Assembly (NCBI GenBank): GCA_963701965.1
Contig: OY969695.1
Span: 2,048,001 to 2,112,000, forward strand
DNA length: 64,000 nucleotides
Direction of reading: 5' to 3'
DNA from: an uncultured Gemmatimonadales bacterium
Lineage (GTDB): Bacteria > Gemmatimonadota > Gemmatimonadetes > Gemmatimonadales > Gemmatimonadaceae
This document shows positions 39,313 through 51,700 of this stretch, piece by piece. How positions within the stretch are numbered: position 1 is the first letter of the stretch; the number at the start of each line of letters is the position of its first letter. Position numbers and translations under genes: made by a program. The notes below the pieces were generated by a model. That model searched no databases and was not told where the DNA came from. It worked only from the letters and a program-made list of their open reading frames with translations.

Positions 39313-39714
39313 CTACTGCTGCGCGGGCGGGAACCGAAAATCCTGCTCCACGAGCTGGCGCACTTTGCGCCCGCCCTCTTCCGCGGGATAGAACCGCATC
39401 TCGGGCAACACCCGGCGCACAGAGTTCGTCGAGGCCTCGTCGGTGGCCTTTACGACGGTAAACGTCCCCAGATCGACGCGGCCTGTGGTGTCGACCACGA
39501 ACTGCGCCGTGACCGCGCCGCCTTTGGCGCGCACTCGATCGTCATTAGGGTACTGGGCGTGTGGGTTGCCGGGCCGGGACGAGACCGGCTTCTCCACCTG
39601 GAACTCGAAGTAGGTCTGGTTGGACCCATTCGACGCCAGTTGCGCGGCCTGGGCGACGGCGGTGCCCGACGCGATGAAGGACATCAGCACGGCGGCACAC
39701 TGATATAAACGCAT
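39313..39714 (-). CDS. TonB C-terminal domain protein
   Basis: Signal peptide, TYFEFQVEKP, YP, QFVVDTTGR, MRFYPA..GGRKV.QLV. Confidence 0.85.
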   Translation of the reverse strand: MRLYQCAAVLMSFIASGTAVAQAAQLASNGSNQTYFEFQVEKPVSSRPGNPHAQYPNDDRVRAKGGAVTAQFVVDTTGRVDLGTFTVVKATDEASTNSVRRVLPEMRFYPAEEGGRKVRQLVEQDFRFPPAQQ

Positions 39715-39817
39715 CGGAACGACGATCTCCAATAAGGGCTTCGCTAATAGACGACTCGTATACGCTGTGGTCACTTGGGTTGCGTGATCGGCCCGTTGGT
39801 CCCAAACTCCTGTAGCG

Positions 39818-41665
<1,848 letters not shown>

Positions 41666-41671
41666 AGTCTC

Positions 41672-43103
41672 TTAAAGAGTCAGGGTCACGACCGCGGCGC
41701 TCGCCGCGGGGACAGTGATCCCGAACCCGGTGCTGTCCACCGGCACGCTCTCGGCGGTTCCCGGCGTGAATGTGCCATCCGGCCCGACGGTGCGTCCGGC
41801 GAATGTCACCCCCGCGCTCGCGCCGAGCGACGCGCCGAGGAGACGGAGCGCCGTGGCCCGGGACATGGCACGCGAGGGCACGATGTGCGCGAAGACGGAC
41901 GCGACCGAGTCTTTGTTCACGATCGTCACGCGCACCACGCCGTCGCCGCCCAGTGTGGCGTGCGCCGCCATGTTGGGTGGCGTGCCCGTGATGTGCACGG
42001 GGAGCAACTGGCCGCTGGCGCCGGCCGCGAACGCCAAGAGGCCGTAGTACTCGGGCTTGGCGAGGGCCACGCCCGCGGAATCGCTGATCGGCGAATATCC
42101 CTTGCCGGTCAGGAACCCATGAAAGTTGATGCCGGCGATCCCCGCTTCGGCCAGCGTGTAGGCGTGGTCGACGGCCCACAGCGCCGACGCGTAGACGTCG
42201 GACACGCCGGGCTTGCCGCCACCGGCGCAGTTGTTCGTCTCACCCATCCGGATGGCGATGTGCGCGGCATTGGCCGCATCGGCCACCGCGCGCGCATAGC
42301 TCGCGGTGCGCGCCATGAGCGCGGCGCTCAGCATGTTGCCGATCGTCGGATCCTGGGCGCTGCCGGCGCCGATCGATGGACCGTTGATCATGGGATAGAA
42401 GTGCTGCGTGGCCAGCGCGAGGCGTGGCGCGTCCGCGTCGAGGATTGCCGATAGATAGGCGAGATTGAACGCGCACGCGCACCCGGCCAATCCGACATTG
42501 GTGCGCCGTTCGATCGCCAACAAATACGCGTGGTACTCGGCGACGGCGCTGTCCGGCGCGTACGCGGGGGATCGGTGACCGTTGGCGCTATAGAGATCCG
42601 GCTCGTTCCCGATCTCGAGCCCGCGGAGCTGCGATGCGTTGGGACGGGACGCCAACGCCGCGGCCTCCGCGGCGGCCGTATCCGGATCGAATGTGCCGAG
42701 ATTGAGGCCGAACGTGAAGGGCCAGCCGACGGCGGCCGAGAACGCCATGAGCGTGTCGAATCGCGCGGGTGTGAAGTCGCTGTCCGCGGCGCCAGTGGGA
42801 GACCACGTCGCGTGGTCGTACGTGTTGCCGCCGATGCGTAAGAGGCCAGCCGAACCCAGGCCGGTCACCGAGATGTTGGAACGCGGGATTGGCCAACGCG
42901 CCGAGACCCGACCCCGCGGCAAACTCGAGACTCAAGCCAATGTAATCAACGGGGATCGCGGCGCCGGGCGCGTCCACCGCCACCGCGACGGAGACCGTGT
43001 CGGCCGGCGGCGGGAACACCGCGCGCGGATCCGTGGTATTGCCGCCGCATGCCACGGCGACGGCAGCGACGAGAGTCGCCGCGATGGGCGCGAGCCGCCT
43101 CAG
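41672..43103 (-). CDS. GH79-like glycoside hydrolase lipoprotein, +1 frameshift near 42869
   Basis: YIGLSLE in one frame; LRIGGN, EIGNEPD, RMGETN, GINFH in the other; removing one G restores HLVTGLG. Confidence 0.8.
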
Positions 43104-43267
43104 GAGCGATCGCTCCGAACGGACTCATCCTCCGGACCCGGCGTCTCCACACGCCGCCACGTCGTGCCACCGCACCGTTCGCACGTCAGCCGGTCCGGTG
43201 TCTCATCGGGCAGCAGGCTTTTTTCGTTGCCACACGTTTCGCACGCGATCGTGGTCGCCACGGTCAT
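43100..43267 (-). CDS. 55-aa zinc-ribbon microprotein
   Basis: CETCG and CERCG pairs. Confidence 0.65.
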   Translation of the reverse strand: MTVATTIACETCGNEKSLLPDETPDRLTCERCGGTTWRRVETPGPEDESVRSDRS

Positions 43268-43311
43268 GCTGCCCCTGTAGCGCAAGGGTCGTGCGAGACA
43301 CCAGATGCCGG

Positions 43312-43327
43312 TGGTACGAAATAGGCA
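43312..43327 (+). promoter_or_regulatory. Possible sigma54 promoter upstream of M23 gene
   Basis: TGGTACG-aaat-AGGCA: GG-N10-GC, weak -12 element. Confidence 0.3.
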
Positions 43328-43393
43328 TCCCAGTAGCACGGCTGTATCAGTGACAGCTCGCGTCGCTACATCGTCTTCTTCACGAGGCCGCTT

Positions 43394-44278
43394 ATGGGAG
43401 TGCCAATGGTCGATCGGTACTGGACGCTCGTCATCGTTGGGGACGACACCGACTCGCCGCGCACTCTCCGCATATCGGCGCGAGCGCTGCGCCGGGCCCG
43501 CTGGCTCGGCTCGGCGACGCTCGTGGCCGCCTGCCTCGTCCCCGCGGCGCTGTGGGGCTCGCACCGGACCATCACCAATGCCTACGCGACGGTCGCGACA
43601 CCCAATGGTTCCAGCGATGCGGTCGCGATCCTCCGCGATTCGATCCGGTCACTGGACCGGCAGACGACGGCCCTGCGCGTCGTCGCGGGTCTCGCGCCCG
43701 ATGCATCGTATGGCGCGACCGGCGGCGATGGCACCTCGGTCGATTTCCTGATCCACCGGGCGGACTCGCTCTCGGTCGACCTGCAGCAGGTCGCCGCCAA
43801 GTTGAACAGCGATGCCGACCGCGTGGCGCGCACGCCGTCGATCATGCCGACAGCGGGATGGCTCACCAGTCAGTTCTCGCTCTCGCGCTTTCATCCGATC
43901 CTGCACAAGTATCTGCCCCACTTGGGGATCGACGTCGCGGCGCCCTACGGCACGACTGTCGTCGCGCCCGCGGCGGGCACGGTCGTGCGCGCCGGTGTGG
44001 CCAGTGGATATGGGCGCGTCTTGGAGATCGATCACGGCAACGGAATCATCACCAAGTATGGGCATTTGTCGCGATTCCTGGTGCGCGAGCATCAACAGGT
44101 GACGCGGGGCCAGGCGATCGCCGCCGTGGGCAACAGCGGACTGGCGACCGGACCGCACTTGCACTACGAAGTGCACGTGAACGGCGAGGTGGTCGATCCG
44201 CTCACGTATGTGCTGCCGGCCGAAATCCCCGACGTGGTCCGCCCGGGCCACCAGATAGCGGGCGCTCCCGAAGACTGA
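43394..44278 (+). CDS. M23 family metallopeptidase
   Basis: HLGID, YGH, GNSG.ATGPHLHYEV. Confidence 0.93.
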   Translation: MGVPMVDRYWTLVIVGDDTDSPRTLRISARALRRARWLGSATLVAACLVPAALWGSHRTITNAYATVATPNGSSDAVAILRDSIRSLDRQTTALRVVAGLAPDASYGATGGDGTSVDFLIHRADSLSVDLQQVAAKLNSDADRVARTPSIMPTAGWLTSQFSLSRFHPILHKYLPHLGIDVAAPYGTTVVAPAAGTVVRAGVASGYGRVLEIDHGNGIITKYGHLSRFLVREHQQVTRGQAIAAVGNSGLATGPHLHYEVHVNGEVVDPLTYVLPAEIPDVVRPGHQIAGAPED

Positions 44279-44311
44279 TAGATTCGCGGAAGCCCCTCAC
44301 CCGGAGCTTCT

Positions 44312-45457
44312 GTGAGCCTTTCCCGCCGCCGGTTCATGCATTCACTGGGGGCAGGCGCGGCCAGTTCTCTGCTTGCTCCCGTCATTGGAGATCGCGGCTT
44401 GGAAGCGATGACGGCGGGTCACGCCGTGGGCCCTAAGGTCCCAGCGCCGAATGGGATTCGCCTCGACGCCAACGAGAATCCGGACGGACCGGGTCAGGCG
44501 GCGCTCGAGGCGCTCAGGGGATGGACATCCGAGGCCAACCGGTATCCGAAGGACGTGTACCCCGCCCTGCGCGCCGCGGCCGCGACGTCAGTGGGCGCGG
44601 CGCCGGAGAACATTCAACTCAGCGCGGGATCCACGGACATTCTTCGCGGCTGCGTGTACGCGTTCACGTCGCCGACGCGCGCGCTGGTGATGGGCCGCCC
44701 GAGTTTCGAGATGCCGGCGGTGGATGCCGCACGCATCGGCACGCCGGTGCGCGCCATCGACGTGACGACGGACCTCAAGCTCGACCTCGCCGCGATGGTC
44801 GAGGCGGCGCCGGGCGCTGGCCTGGTCTATCTGTGCAATCCCAACAATCCGACCGCCACCGTCCACGGCGCGAACCCGGTGCGCGATTTCATCGCGCGGA
44901 CGCTGCGCGACACGCCCGACCTGACCATTCTCGTGGACGAGGCGTACCACGAGTACGTCGCCGAGCCGACCTACGCGACCATGGTTCCGCTGGCGCTCGA
45001 GAACCCGCGGGTGGTCGTCGCCCGCACGTGCTCCAAAGTGCACGGCCTGGCCGGCATGCGGGTCGGGTACGCGATCGCGCAGCCGGCGACGATCGCCGCC
45101 ATCGGCCGGCACGTGCTCTTCTATGGCGTGACACAACTCAGCGCCGCGGCGGCCGCCGCCAGCCTGGGCGCACGCGATCATGTCGCGCAGGAGGTGGCGC
45201 GGAACCACGAGGCGCGGGAGTTCACGCGCCAGGCCTTGGCCGACGCCGGATATCCCAGCACGCCGTCCGACGCCAACTTCATCATGGTCGACATCCGGCG
45301 CGACGCGAAGCAGTTCCGGACCGACTGCGAATCCCACGGCGTGCTGGTGGGACGGCTCTTCCCTCCGCTCACCACGCACGCGCGCATCTCGATCGGGACG
45401 ATGGACGAGATGCGCCGCGCCGTGGAGGTCTTCCGGACGGTGTTGGTTACGGCATGA
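44312..45457 (+). CDS. Tat-exported PLP aminotransferase class I/II (HisC-like)
   Basis: SRRRF signal, NENP, CNPNNPT, DEAY, SKVHGLAGMRVG. Confidence 0.9.
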   Translation: MSLSRRRFMHSLGAGAASSLLAPVIGDRGLEAMTAGHAVGPKVPAPNGIRLDANENPDGPGQAALEALRGWTSEANRYPKDVYPALRAAAATSVGAAPENIQLSAGSTDILRGCVYAFTSPTRALVMGRPSFEMPAVDAARIGTPVRAIDVTTDLKLDLAAMVEAAPGAGLVYLCNPNNPTATVHGANPVRDFIARTLRDTPDLTILVDEAYHEYVAEPTYATMVPLALENPRVVVARTCSKVHGLAGMRVGYAIAQPATIAAIGRHVLFYGVTQLSAAAAAASLGARDHVAQEVARNHEAREFTRQALADAGYPSTPSDANFIMVDIRRDAKQFRTDCESHGVLVGRLFPPLTTHARISIGTMDEMRRAVEVFRTVLVTA

Positions 45458-47324
45458 TCGGCAGCTCAATGTAGGACGCCGTCGGGCCGGCGCAGAACAC
45501 GCGCTGCGTGGCCGGCACGAAGTCGCTGGCGACCGCCTTGTAGATGTCGGGCACGAACTTCTGCGGGTTCCGATCGATCACCGGGAACCACGTCGACTGC
45601 ACCTGCACCATGATGCGATGGCCTTTCTGGAACACGTGATCGTGGTCCCGGAGCGGGAGGACCCACTCCGTCGTCTGGCCCGGCACCAGCGGATGCGGTT
45701 GCTCGTACCCCCCGTGATAGCGACCGCGCTGGACTTCCATGGCGATCGGGAGCTCGTAGCCGTTCATGGACTGGCGATACTGGCCGGGCGCGGGGCCCGC
45801 CTCCGCGTTCCAGGCATTCGCTTGCGCGTCGTTCGAGAAGACATCGATCAGCTTGACGATGAAATCGGCGTCGCTCCCCGTCGTTGATGCGAAGAGGTGC
45901 GCCGCCAGCGGGCCCGTGATCGTCACGGCGTGATCGAGCGGCCCCGTCTCGAACGTCAAGACGTCGGGACGACGATCCACGAAGCGCTGATCGGCCACCT
46001 CCCACGTGCGCCAGTCGCCGGCGGGATACGTCGGCGAGATCGGGCGTTGCCGATAGGGGACCGGGTTCGCCGGGTCTGATACGTACTCTCGGAAGTGCGT
46101 TCCCGTCGCCGCGGTGAAGCTCAGCGTGCCATCAGCATGCAGGAACAACTTCGTCGCCTTGGCCGCCTCCGGCGGCCAGGCGTCATAGGTGTGCCACGTG
46201 TTGGAGCCGGACTGGAAAGTCGAGACGACCCAGGGCAGCTTGGATCCCTGGCCGTGCAAGTAGTGGCGAAAGAACGGCGCTTCGATCGTTTCGCGGAACT
46301 CACGCGATGTCTCGTGGCCGAGCGACACGATGCCGATGCTATCGCCCTTGGGCGCTTGCCATTCGCCATGGTACCACGGACCGGCGACCATGAAGTTCGT
46401 GTGGTCCGGGTCGTGTTCCGCCGCGTGGCGGAAGATCTGCCACGGGCCCCAGGGATCTTCTTGGTCCCAAAAGCCGGCGACGTTGAGATTCGGCACCGTC
46501 GACGCGTGGAGCTGGTTTACCCACGCCTCTTTTTTCCAAAATGTGTCGTAGTCCGGGTTTTCAACCGTCGAGTTCCAGAACGGGATTTTGCCGTGGAGAT
46601 ATTTGGCATTGATGTTCGAGAGCGGCCCCGCGTCGAGATACCACTGATACGTGTCGTAGGTGTCGAACGCGAAGTGCGTGTTGGCGTTCTTGTCCGATTG
46701 CTCCATGACGGCATACTCGACGGCGTAACTCTCGCGCAGCGCGCCGTACCGGTGCATGTCGTCGTTCATCCATTGATCGACCGGCGACGCTTGCTCGCTC
46801 ATGGCCTTGAGCGCCGGATGCGGATGTAGGAGCGCCATCGCCGAGGTCAGGCCGTCGTAGGATACGCCGTACATGCCGACTTTGCCGTTGTTGTTCGGCA
46901 CATTCTTGATCAACCAATCAATGCTGTCGTAGGCATCCGTGGTCTCGTTGGTCGCCTTGGGATTGGTCAGGTCCACTTGCAATGAGAGATTGAATACGCC
47001 CTCGGACTTGAACCGGCCGCGGAGGTTTTGGACCACGAAGATGTAGCCGTCCTGTGCCAGCTCTTTGAGATTCGACGGGATTTGATCCGGGGCTTTCGCC
47101 GGCACGCCGTACGGCGTGCGGCGAAACAGGATGGGCAACGGGCCGTTCGCGTGGGTTGGCGTCAGAATGACGGTTTGCAGGTGTACCCCATCCCGAACGG
47201 GGACCATCACTTCCTGATACGTGAACACCGGAGGGGCCGCGAGCGGCACCGATCGTGACGGCTCCTGCGCCCCAGTGCCGCTCGCGATACCGGCGGCAAC
47301 GCACACCGTGAACAGTCTACGCAT
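45447..47324 (-). CDS. CocE/NonD family hydrolase (alpha-amino acid ester hydrolase-like)
   Basis: RDGV.L, RTPY, RGRFKSEG, GVSYDG, WDQED, GPWYHG. Confidence 0.93.
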   Translation of the reverse strand: MRRLFTVCVAAGIASGTGAQEPSRSVPLAAPPVFTYQEVMVPVRDGVHLQTVILTPTHANGPLPILFRRTPYGVPAKAPDQIPSNLKELAQDGYIFVVQNLRGRFKSEGVFNLSLQVDLTNPKATNETTDAYDSIDWLIKNVPNNNGKVGMYGVSYDGLTSAMALLHPHPALKAMSEQASPVDQWMNDDMHRYGALRESYAVEYAVMEQSDKNANTHFAFDTYDTYQWYLDAGPLSNINAKYLHGKIPFWNSTVENPDYDTFWKKEAWVNQLHASTVPNLNVAGFWDQEDPWGPWQIFRHAAEHDPDHTNFMVAGPWYHGEWQAPKGDSIGIVSLGHETSREFRETIEAPFFRHYLHGQGSKLPWVVSTFQSGSNTWHTYDAWPPEAAKATKLFLHADGTLSFTAATGTHFREYVSDPANPVPYRQRPISPTYPAGDWRTWEVADQRFVDRRPDVLTFETGPLDHAVTITGPLAAHLFASTTGSDADFIVKLIDVFSNDAQANAWNAEAGPAPGQYRQSMNGYELPIAMEVQRGRYHGGYEQPHPLVPGQTTEWVLPLRDHDHVFQKGHRIMVQVQSTWFPVIDRNPQKFVPDIYKAVASDFVPATQRVFCAGPTASYIELPIMP

Positions 47325-48313
47325 CACTTGCCCCCCGTCTCGAGTCCGTCCACGAGATAGCCTTGCTTGGCGAGACCCTGGAGCTGCGTGCCATCGTGGC
47401 TGATGGCGACGGCCACGCCCGCGGGTTCCACCACATTCTTGAGCCACGCAATTTGCTGCGCAATGCGTCCCCGGTCTTCACTGAGCTGACGGCTCACCGA
47501 ATCCGGCTTTTGCCGCTGCTGGTCCACGCCCAACTTGAGCCAGGTCACGTCGCCGGCGAAGAGAATCTCCTTGCCGGACGCGAGCTTCACGTAGACCATC
47601 TGGGCGCCAGGCGTGTGCCCGGGCGTGCGCACGAGCACGACCCCGGGCGCGATCGGCAACACCCGGTCGTAGTCGACGACGAGATAGCGATGCCTCCGCG
47701 CCGAATCGAGCGACGTGAAGGCGACCTTGGGCTTCGTGAGCAGCGTCTCCATCTGCTGCCGCGTGAGCAACGTGTGCGGCGCCACATCATCGGCGACCGG
47801 CGACTTGAGGAGCGTGCCGACGTGATCAATGTGCTCGTGCGTGATCACAATGAGGCCGGACCCGCGGAGGGCATCGAGGATCTTCTGGTACCGGTCCTCG
47901 TGAAAATCACTGCCCTTGGATTTAGGATCGCGCGGGTACGCGGCGTCCACCATGACCCACCCGTGGGGATAGCGCACCTGAAAGACGGGCGTGATGGAGA
48001 ACACGTTGGATTTCGGCGCGCCGTCGACCGCGTCGCCGGCGGCGCCCGAGTCCTCCTGGGCGCTCAGGTAGCCGATGGACACGGGCAGCGGACCGGGCAC
48101 CGCATGCACCAGGGCGCGCGTTTCCGCAAGTAACAATGCGTCGTAGGGGCCGGCTTCCTGCGCGTGGAGCGCTGGACAAAAACTGTACGCCACGCAAGCC
48201 GCGGCAATGAAAGCGGTCGAACCGACACGAGTCAGCGGCGACAAGGTTCGCCCTCCAGGTCGTTTGGGGTCCCCCATATTACGCCCTGCCGCGTTTGGTC
48301 GTCCACTGGGCAC
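47324..48313 (-). CDS. Secreted MBL-fold metallohydrolase
   Basis: THEHIDH, TPGHTPG, FAGD, SHD; start uncertain. Confidence 0.85.
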   Translation of the reverse strand: MPSGRPNAAGRNMGDPKRPGGRTLSPLTRVGSTAFIAAACVAYSFCPALHAQEAGPYDALLLAETRALVHAVPGPLPVSIGYLSAQEDSGAAGDAVDGAPKSNVFSITPVFQVRYPHGWVMVDAAYPRDPKSKGSDFHEDRYQKILDALRGSGLIVITHEHIDHVGTLLKSPVADDVAPHTLLTRQQMETLLTKPKVAFTSLDSARRHRYLVVDYDRVLPIAPGVVLVRTPGHTPGAQMVYVKLASGKEILFAGDVTWLKLGVDQQRQKPDSVSRQLSEDRGRIAQQIAWLKNVVEPAGVAVAISHDGTQLQGLAKQGYLVDGLETGGK

Positions 48314-48328
48314 GGGAGGAGTGTGTCC

Positions 48329-48805
48329 ATGACCGACGGTAAGTGGACGACCGTGTTGCGGAAGCTGGAGCGGGAATTCGACGGCCTTCCGCCTGAACCG
48401 ACCCCCGCGCGACCTGTGTCACCGGTCGTGCTGCGCGCCCGGCGGGCGAGCGAGCGGCAAACGCTCGTCAAGACGCTGGAACGCCGGCAGAAGCGCAATG
48501 TGGTGCTCGGGACGACCGGTCGACTGGTTCTCGTGTTCGCGCTCGCCGCGACCATCAACTTCTGGCCCTATGGCCACGCGTGCGGCTTCGGCCTCATCAC
48601 GTATGTCGCGGCGCAAGCGCTGATCGTCGTCGGGGGACTCTGGACCGCGATCTGGACGTGGAACCAGCGGATCCCCCACGCGCACGGGGTGGCAATGGCA
48701 ATGGTCCTCTGGGGGTTGGTGCTGCTCGCCGGCCAGGTGTTGCCGCGGGTGGGCTACGCCCGGGTGGACCCGGCGAACCCACCGCATTGGTGGTGCGCCG
48801 ACTAG
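48329..48805 (+). CDS. Hypothetical 3-TM membrane protein
   Basis: GGAGGAG SD; FWPY..CG, VLPRVGYA, terminal WWC. Confidence 0.75.
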   Translation: MTDGKWTTVLRKLEREFDGLPPEPTPARPVSPVVLRARRASERQTLVKTLERRQKRNVVLGTTGRLVLVFALAATINFWPYGHACGFGLITYVAAQALIVVGGLWTAIWTWNQRIPHAHGVAMAMVLWGLVLLAGQVLPRVGYARVDPANPPHWWCAD

Positions 48806-48859
48806 TGCGCAACTAGCGGGCGACTAGCAAGATCGTGGCGCGGTGAACATACTGTTGCC

Positions 48860-50914
48860 ATGCGCTCCGAACTCTGTGCCGCGATGCTCGCGCTCGCGGC
48901 GTTTGCACCCGCGGGCGCGCAAGCGCCCACGCACCGCCCGCTGCGGCCCACCGACCTCTACCAACTCGTCGCCGTCGGCGACCCGCAGCGGTCACCCAAT
49001 GGCCAATGGGTGGCCTATACCGTGTCGACGGTCGACTCGGCCGGCGACAAGAACCACTCGGACATCCGGATGACGAGCTGGGACGGGACGCAAACGCTCC
49101 CGCTCACGTCCGGGTCGGCCAGCACGTCCCGGCCGCGCTTCAGTCCCGACGGACGGTATCTGGGCTTCCTGTCCTCGCGCGAGGATTCGAACGAGACGAC
49201 GCAGCTCTGGTTACTGAACCGCCAGGGCGGCGAAGGAGTGCGCGTCACCAGCCTCGTGGGGAGTGTCGAAGACTTCGTCTGGTCGCCCGATGGCAAACGG
49301 ATCGCGCTCGTCGTCGAGGATGACTCGACGCCGGCGGACACGGCCAAGCACGGCAAGAACAAAAAGCCGAAGCCGATCTTCATCGACCGCTTTCATTTCA
49401 AGGAAGACGTGACCGGCTACCTGGGCAAGAAGCGCTCGCATCTGTACGTGTTCGACGTCGCGACGCACCAGTCGCAGATCCTGACGCCGGATCAGTACGA
49501 CGAGGAAATGCCGGCGTGGTCGCCCGATGGCGCGCGCTTGGCGTTCGTCAGTAAACGGTCGCCGGCGGACGTCGACCGGGCGGACAACTGGGACGTGTTC
49601 GTCATGGACGCGCGTCCCGGGGCACCGGCCGTGCAGCTGACGACGTCGCCGGGACGGGACAACCCGCCGGGAGGGAGCCGCCTGGCCTGGAGCCCCGACG
49701 GCACGCTGATCGCCTACGTGCGCGGCAGCCCGGACCCGAAGTTGTTCGCCTACGACGAGAACGAGCTTGCCGTTGTCCCGGCCGCCGGGGGCGAGCCGCG
49801 AGCGCTGGCGACGGCCCTCGACCGCCCGGTCGCCGACCCGCAATGGGCGAGCGATGGCAAGACGATCACGGTGTTGGTCGAGGACGACAGGTCCCGCTAT
49901 CCGGCGCGTGTCAATGTCGCCTCGGGCGCGGTCACGCGCTTGTTGCCGGGTGAGATGGTCGTGTCGGGCGCCTCGCTGGGACACGACGGGGCGCTGACGG
50001 CACTCGTGACGACGGATGCGCAGCCGGCCGAGGTCGTCGCCCTGGAAAACGGGGCGCTGCGCCGGCTCACGCATCTGAACAATGCCTGGTTGGCGAACAT
50101 CGACCTGGGGATGACCGAGGACTTTGCCTCGCGCAGCAAGGACGGCACGGACGTCCATGGCCTCATCCGAAAACCGGTCGGCTATGTCGATGGCCACCGC
50201 TATCCGACGCTGCTCCGCATCCACGGGGGGCCGAACGGCCAGGACGAGCATGGATTCAACTTCGAGTCGGCGCTCTTTGCCGCGAATGGGTACGCGGTGG
50301 TCGAGGTGAACTATCGCGGAAGCTCGGGACGGGGCGCGGCGTTCCAGCGCGCGATCCTCGCCGACTGGGGCCACAAAGAGGTGATCGACCTGCTCGGCGC
50401 CATGGACCGCGTGCTGGCCATGGGTCTCGCCGACTCGGCGCGACTCGGCATCGGCGGCTGGAGCTACGGCGGGATCCTCACGGACTACACGATCGCCACC
50501 GACCATCGGTTCAAGGCGGCTACGAGCGGCGCTGGCAGCGCGCTCCAGCTCGCCATGTACGGCGTCGACGAGTACATCACGCAGTATGTCGCCGAGTTGG
50601 GCGAACCGTGGGAGCACCCGGATCTGTGGATCAAGGTCTCGTACCCGTTCTTCCACGCCGATCGCATCAACACGCCAACGCTGTTCCTGGGCGGGGATCA
50701 GGATTTCAACGTGCCGTTGATCGGCGGCGAGCAGATGTACCAAGCCCTCCGCGCGCTCAACGTCCCATCCGCGCTCGTGATCTACCCGGGCCAGTTCCAT
50801 GGCATCTCGCGGCCGAGCTTCAAGGTCGACCGCCTGCAGCGCTACCTGGACTGGTACGCCAAGTATCTCAAACCCTCGGCAACCACGGTCTCGGCCTCGG
50901 CACGAGGGAACTAA
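48860..50914 (+). CDS. S9 family (S9C) peptidase with PD40 propeller
   Basis: Repeated WSPDG, IHGGP, GGWSYGG, D.NVP, HG. Confidence 0.95.
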   Translation: MRSELCAAMLALAAFAPAGAQAPTHRPLRPTDLYQLVAVGDPQRSPNGQWVAYTVSTVDSAGDKNHSDIRMTSWDGTQTLPLTSGSASTSRPRFSPDGRYLGFLSSREDSNETTQLWLLNRQGGEGVRVTSLVGSVEDFVWSPDGKRIALVVEDDSTPADTAKHGKNKKPKPIFIDRFHFKEDVTGYLGKKRSHLYVFDVATHQSQILTPDQYDEEMPAWSPDGARLAFVSKRSPADVDRADNWDVFVMDARPGAPAVQLTTSPGRDNPPGGSRLAWSPDGTLIAYVRGSPDPKLFAYDENELAVVPAAGGEPRALATALDRPVADPQWASDGKTITVLVEDDRSRYPARVNVASGAVTRLLPGEMVVSGASLGHDGALTALVTTDAQPAEVVALENGALRRLTHLNNAWLANIDLGMTEDFASRSKDGTDVHGLIRKPVGYVDGHRYPTLLRIHGGPNGQDEHGFNFESALFAANGYAVVEVNYRGSSGRGAAFQRAILADWGHKEVIDLLGAMDRVLAMGLADSARLGIGGWSYGGILTDYTIATDHRFKAATSGAGSALQLAMYGVDEYITQYVAELGEPWEHPDLWIKVSYPFFHADRINTPTLFLGGDQDFNVPLIGGEQMYQALRALNVPSALVIYPGQFHGISRPSFKVDRLQRYLDWYAKYLKPSATTVSASARGN

Positions 50915-50949
50915 ACCCATCGGGCCATGGCGACTTTCGCGACACACTG

Positions 50950-51621
50950 ATGCGCATCGCGGTCCCCGGCGCCGGCGAGGTGTCGGCGCTGCTCGTGCTG
51001 GCGCCGGAGACGCGCGCCATGCTGGTGCTGGCCCATGGGGCGGGCGCGGGGATGACGCACCCGTTCATGGAGAACCTGGCGAAGGAGTTGGCGCAGGGCG
51101 GAGTCGCGACGCTGCGCTATCAGTTCCCGTACATGGAGCACCAGCGCCGGAAGCCGGACACGGCGGCCGTGGCGCAGGCCACGGTGGCCGCGGCCGTGCG
51201 CGCGGCGTACGACGTGGCCCCCGGCATCACGCTGCTGGCCGGCGGGAAGTCGTTCGGCGGCCGGATGACGTCGCAGGCTGCCGCCGAGCAGTTGCTCCCC
51301 GATGTGCGCGGCCTCGTGTTCGTCGGCTTCCCGCTGCACCCGCCCGGCCGTCCGGGAACCTCCCGCGCCGCGCATCTCGCCAACGTCACCGTGCCCATGC
51401 TGTTCTTGCAGGGGAGCAGGGACGAATTCGCGGACATCGATCTCTTGCAACCCATCGTTCGCGGACTCGCCCCCCGGGCGACCCTGCATCTCATTGATGG
51501 CGCCGACCACGGCTTCCACGTGCTCAAGCGCACCGGACGCACCGACGCCGACGTGCTCCGCGAGTTGGCGCAGACGATCGTCCGTTACGCGGCCTTCTTG
51601 TACGAGACGCGCGCCGAGTAG
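50950..51621 (+). CDS. Alpha/beta hydrolase
   Basis: AHGAGAGM, GGKSFGGR, GFPLHPPG, QGSRD, ADHGF. Confidence 0.9.
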   Translation: MRIAVPGAGEVSALLVLAPETRAMLVLAHGAGAGMTHPFMENLAKELAQGGVATLRYQFPYMEHQRRKPDTAAVAQATVAAAVRAAYDVAPGITLLAGGKSFGGRMTSQAAAEQLLPDVRGLVFVGFPLHPPGRPGTSRAAHLANVTVPMLFLQGSRDEFADIDLLQPIVRGLAPRATLHLIDGADHGFHVLKRTGRTDADVLRELAQTIVRYAAFLYETRAE

Positions 51622-51700
51622 ATCAGGAGCCCGGGCTCCGTATAGTTCGGATACTTCTGCTTCATCGCGGCGACCAACGCGTCGGCGTCCGGCGCGGTCG
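51585..51700 (-). pseudogene. Orphan 3' end of an MBL-fold gene
   Basis: TAPDADALVAAMKQKYPNYTEPGLLIYSARVSYKKAA* with clean GC3 codons; frame closed by TGA at 51714-16. Confidence 0.55.

Noticed and set aside
37141..39708. 855-aa + strand ORF, and similar long antisense ORFs (16001-18061, 49211-50947, 5345-6934)
   Set aside because: Shadow frames of real genes in high-GC DNA; Arg/Gly-rich with no motifs
43281..43297. Minus-strand TCGCACG-ACCC-TTGC as a sigma54 promoter for the zinc-ribbon gene
   Set aside because: The invariant GG at -24 is CG
44312..45457. Naming this gene hisC
   Set aside because: Tat signal and absence of his genes argue against a histidine biosynthesis role
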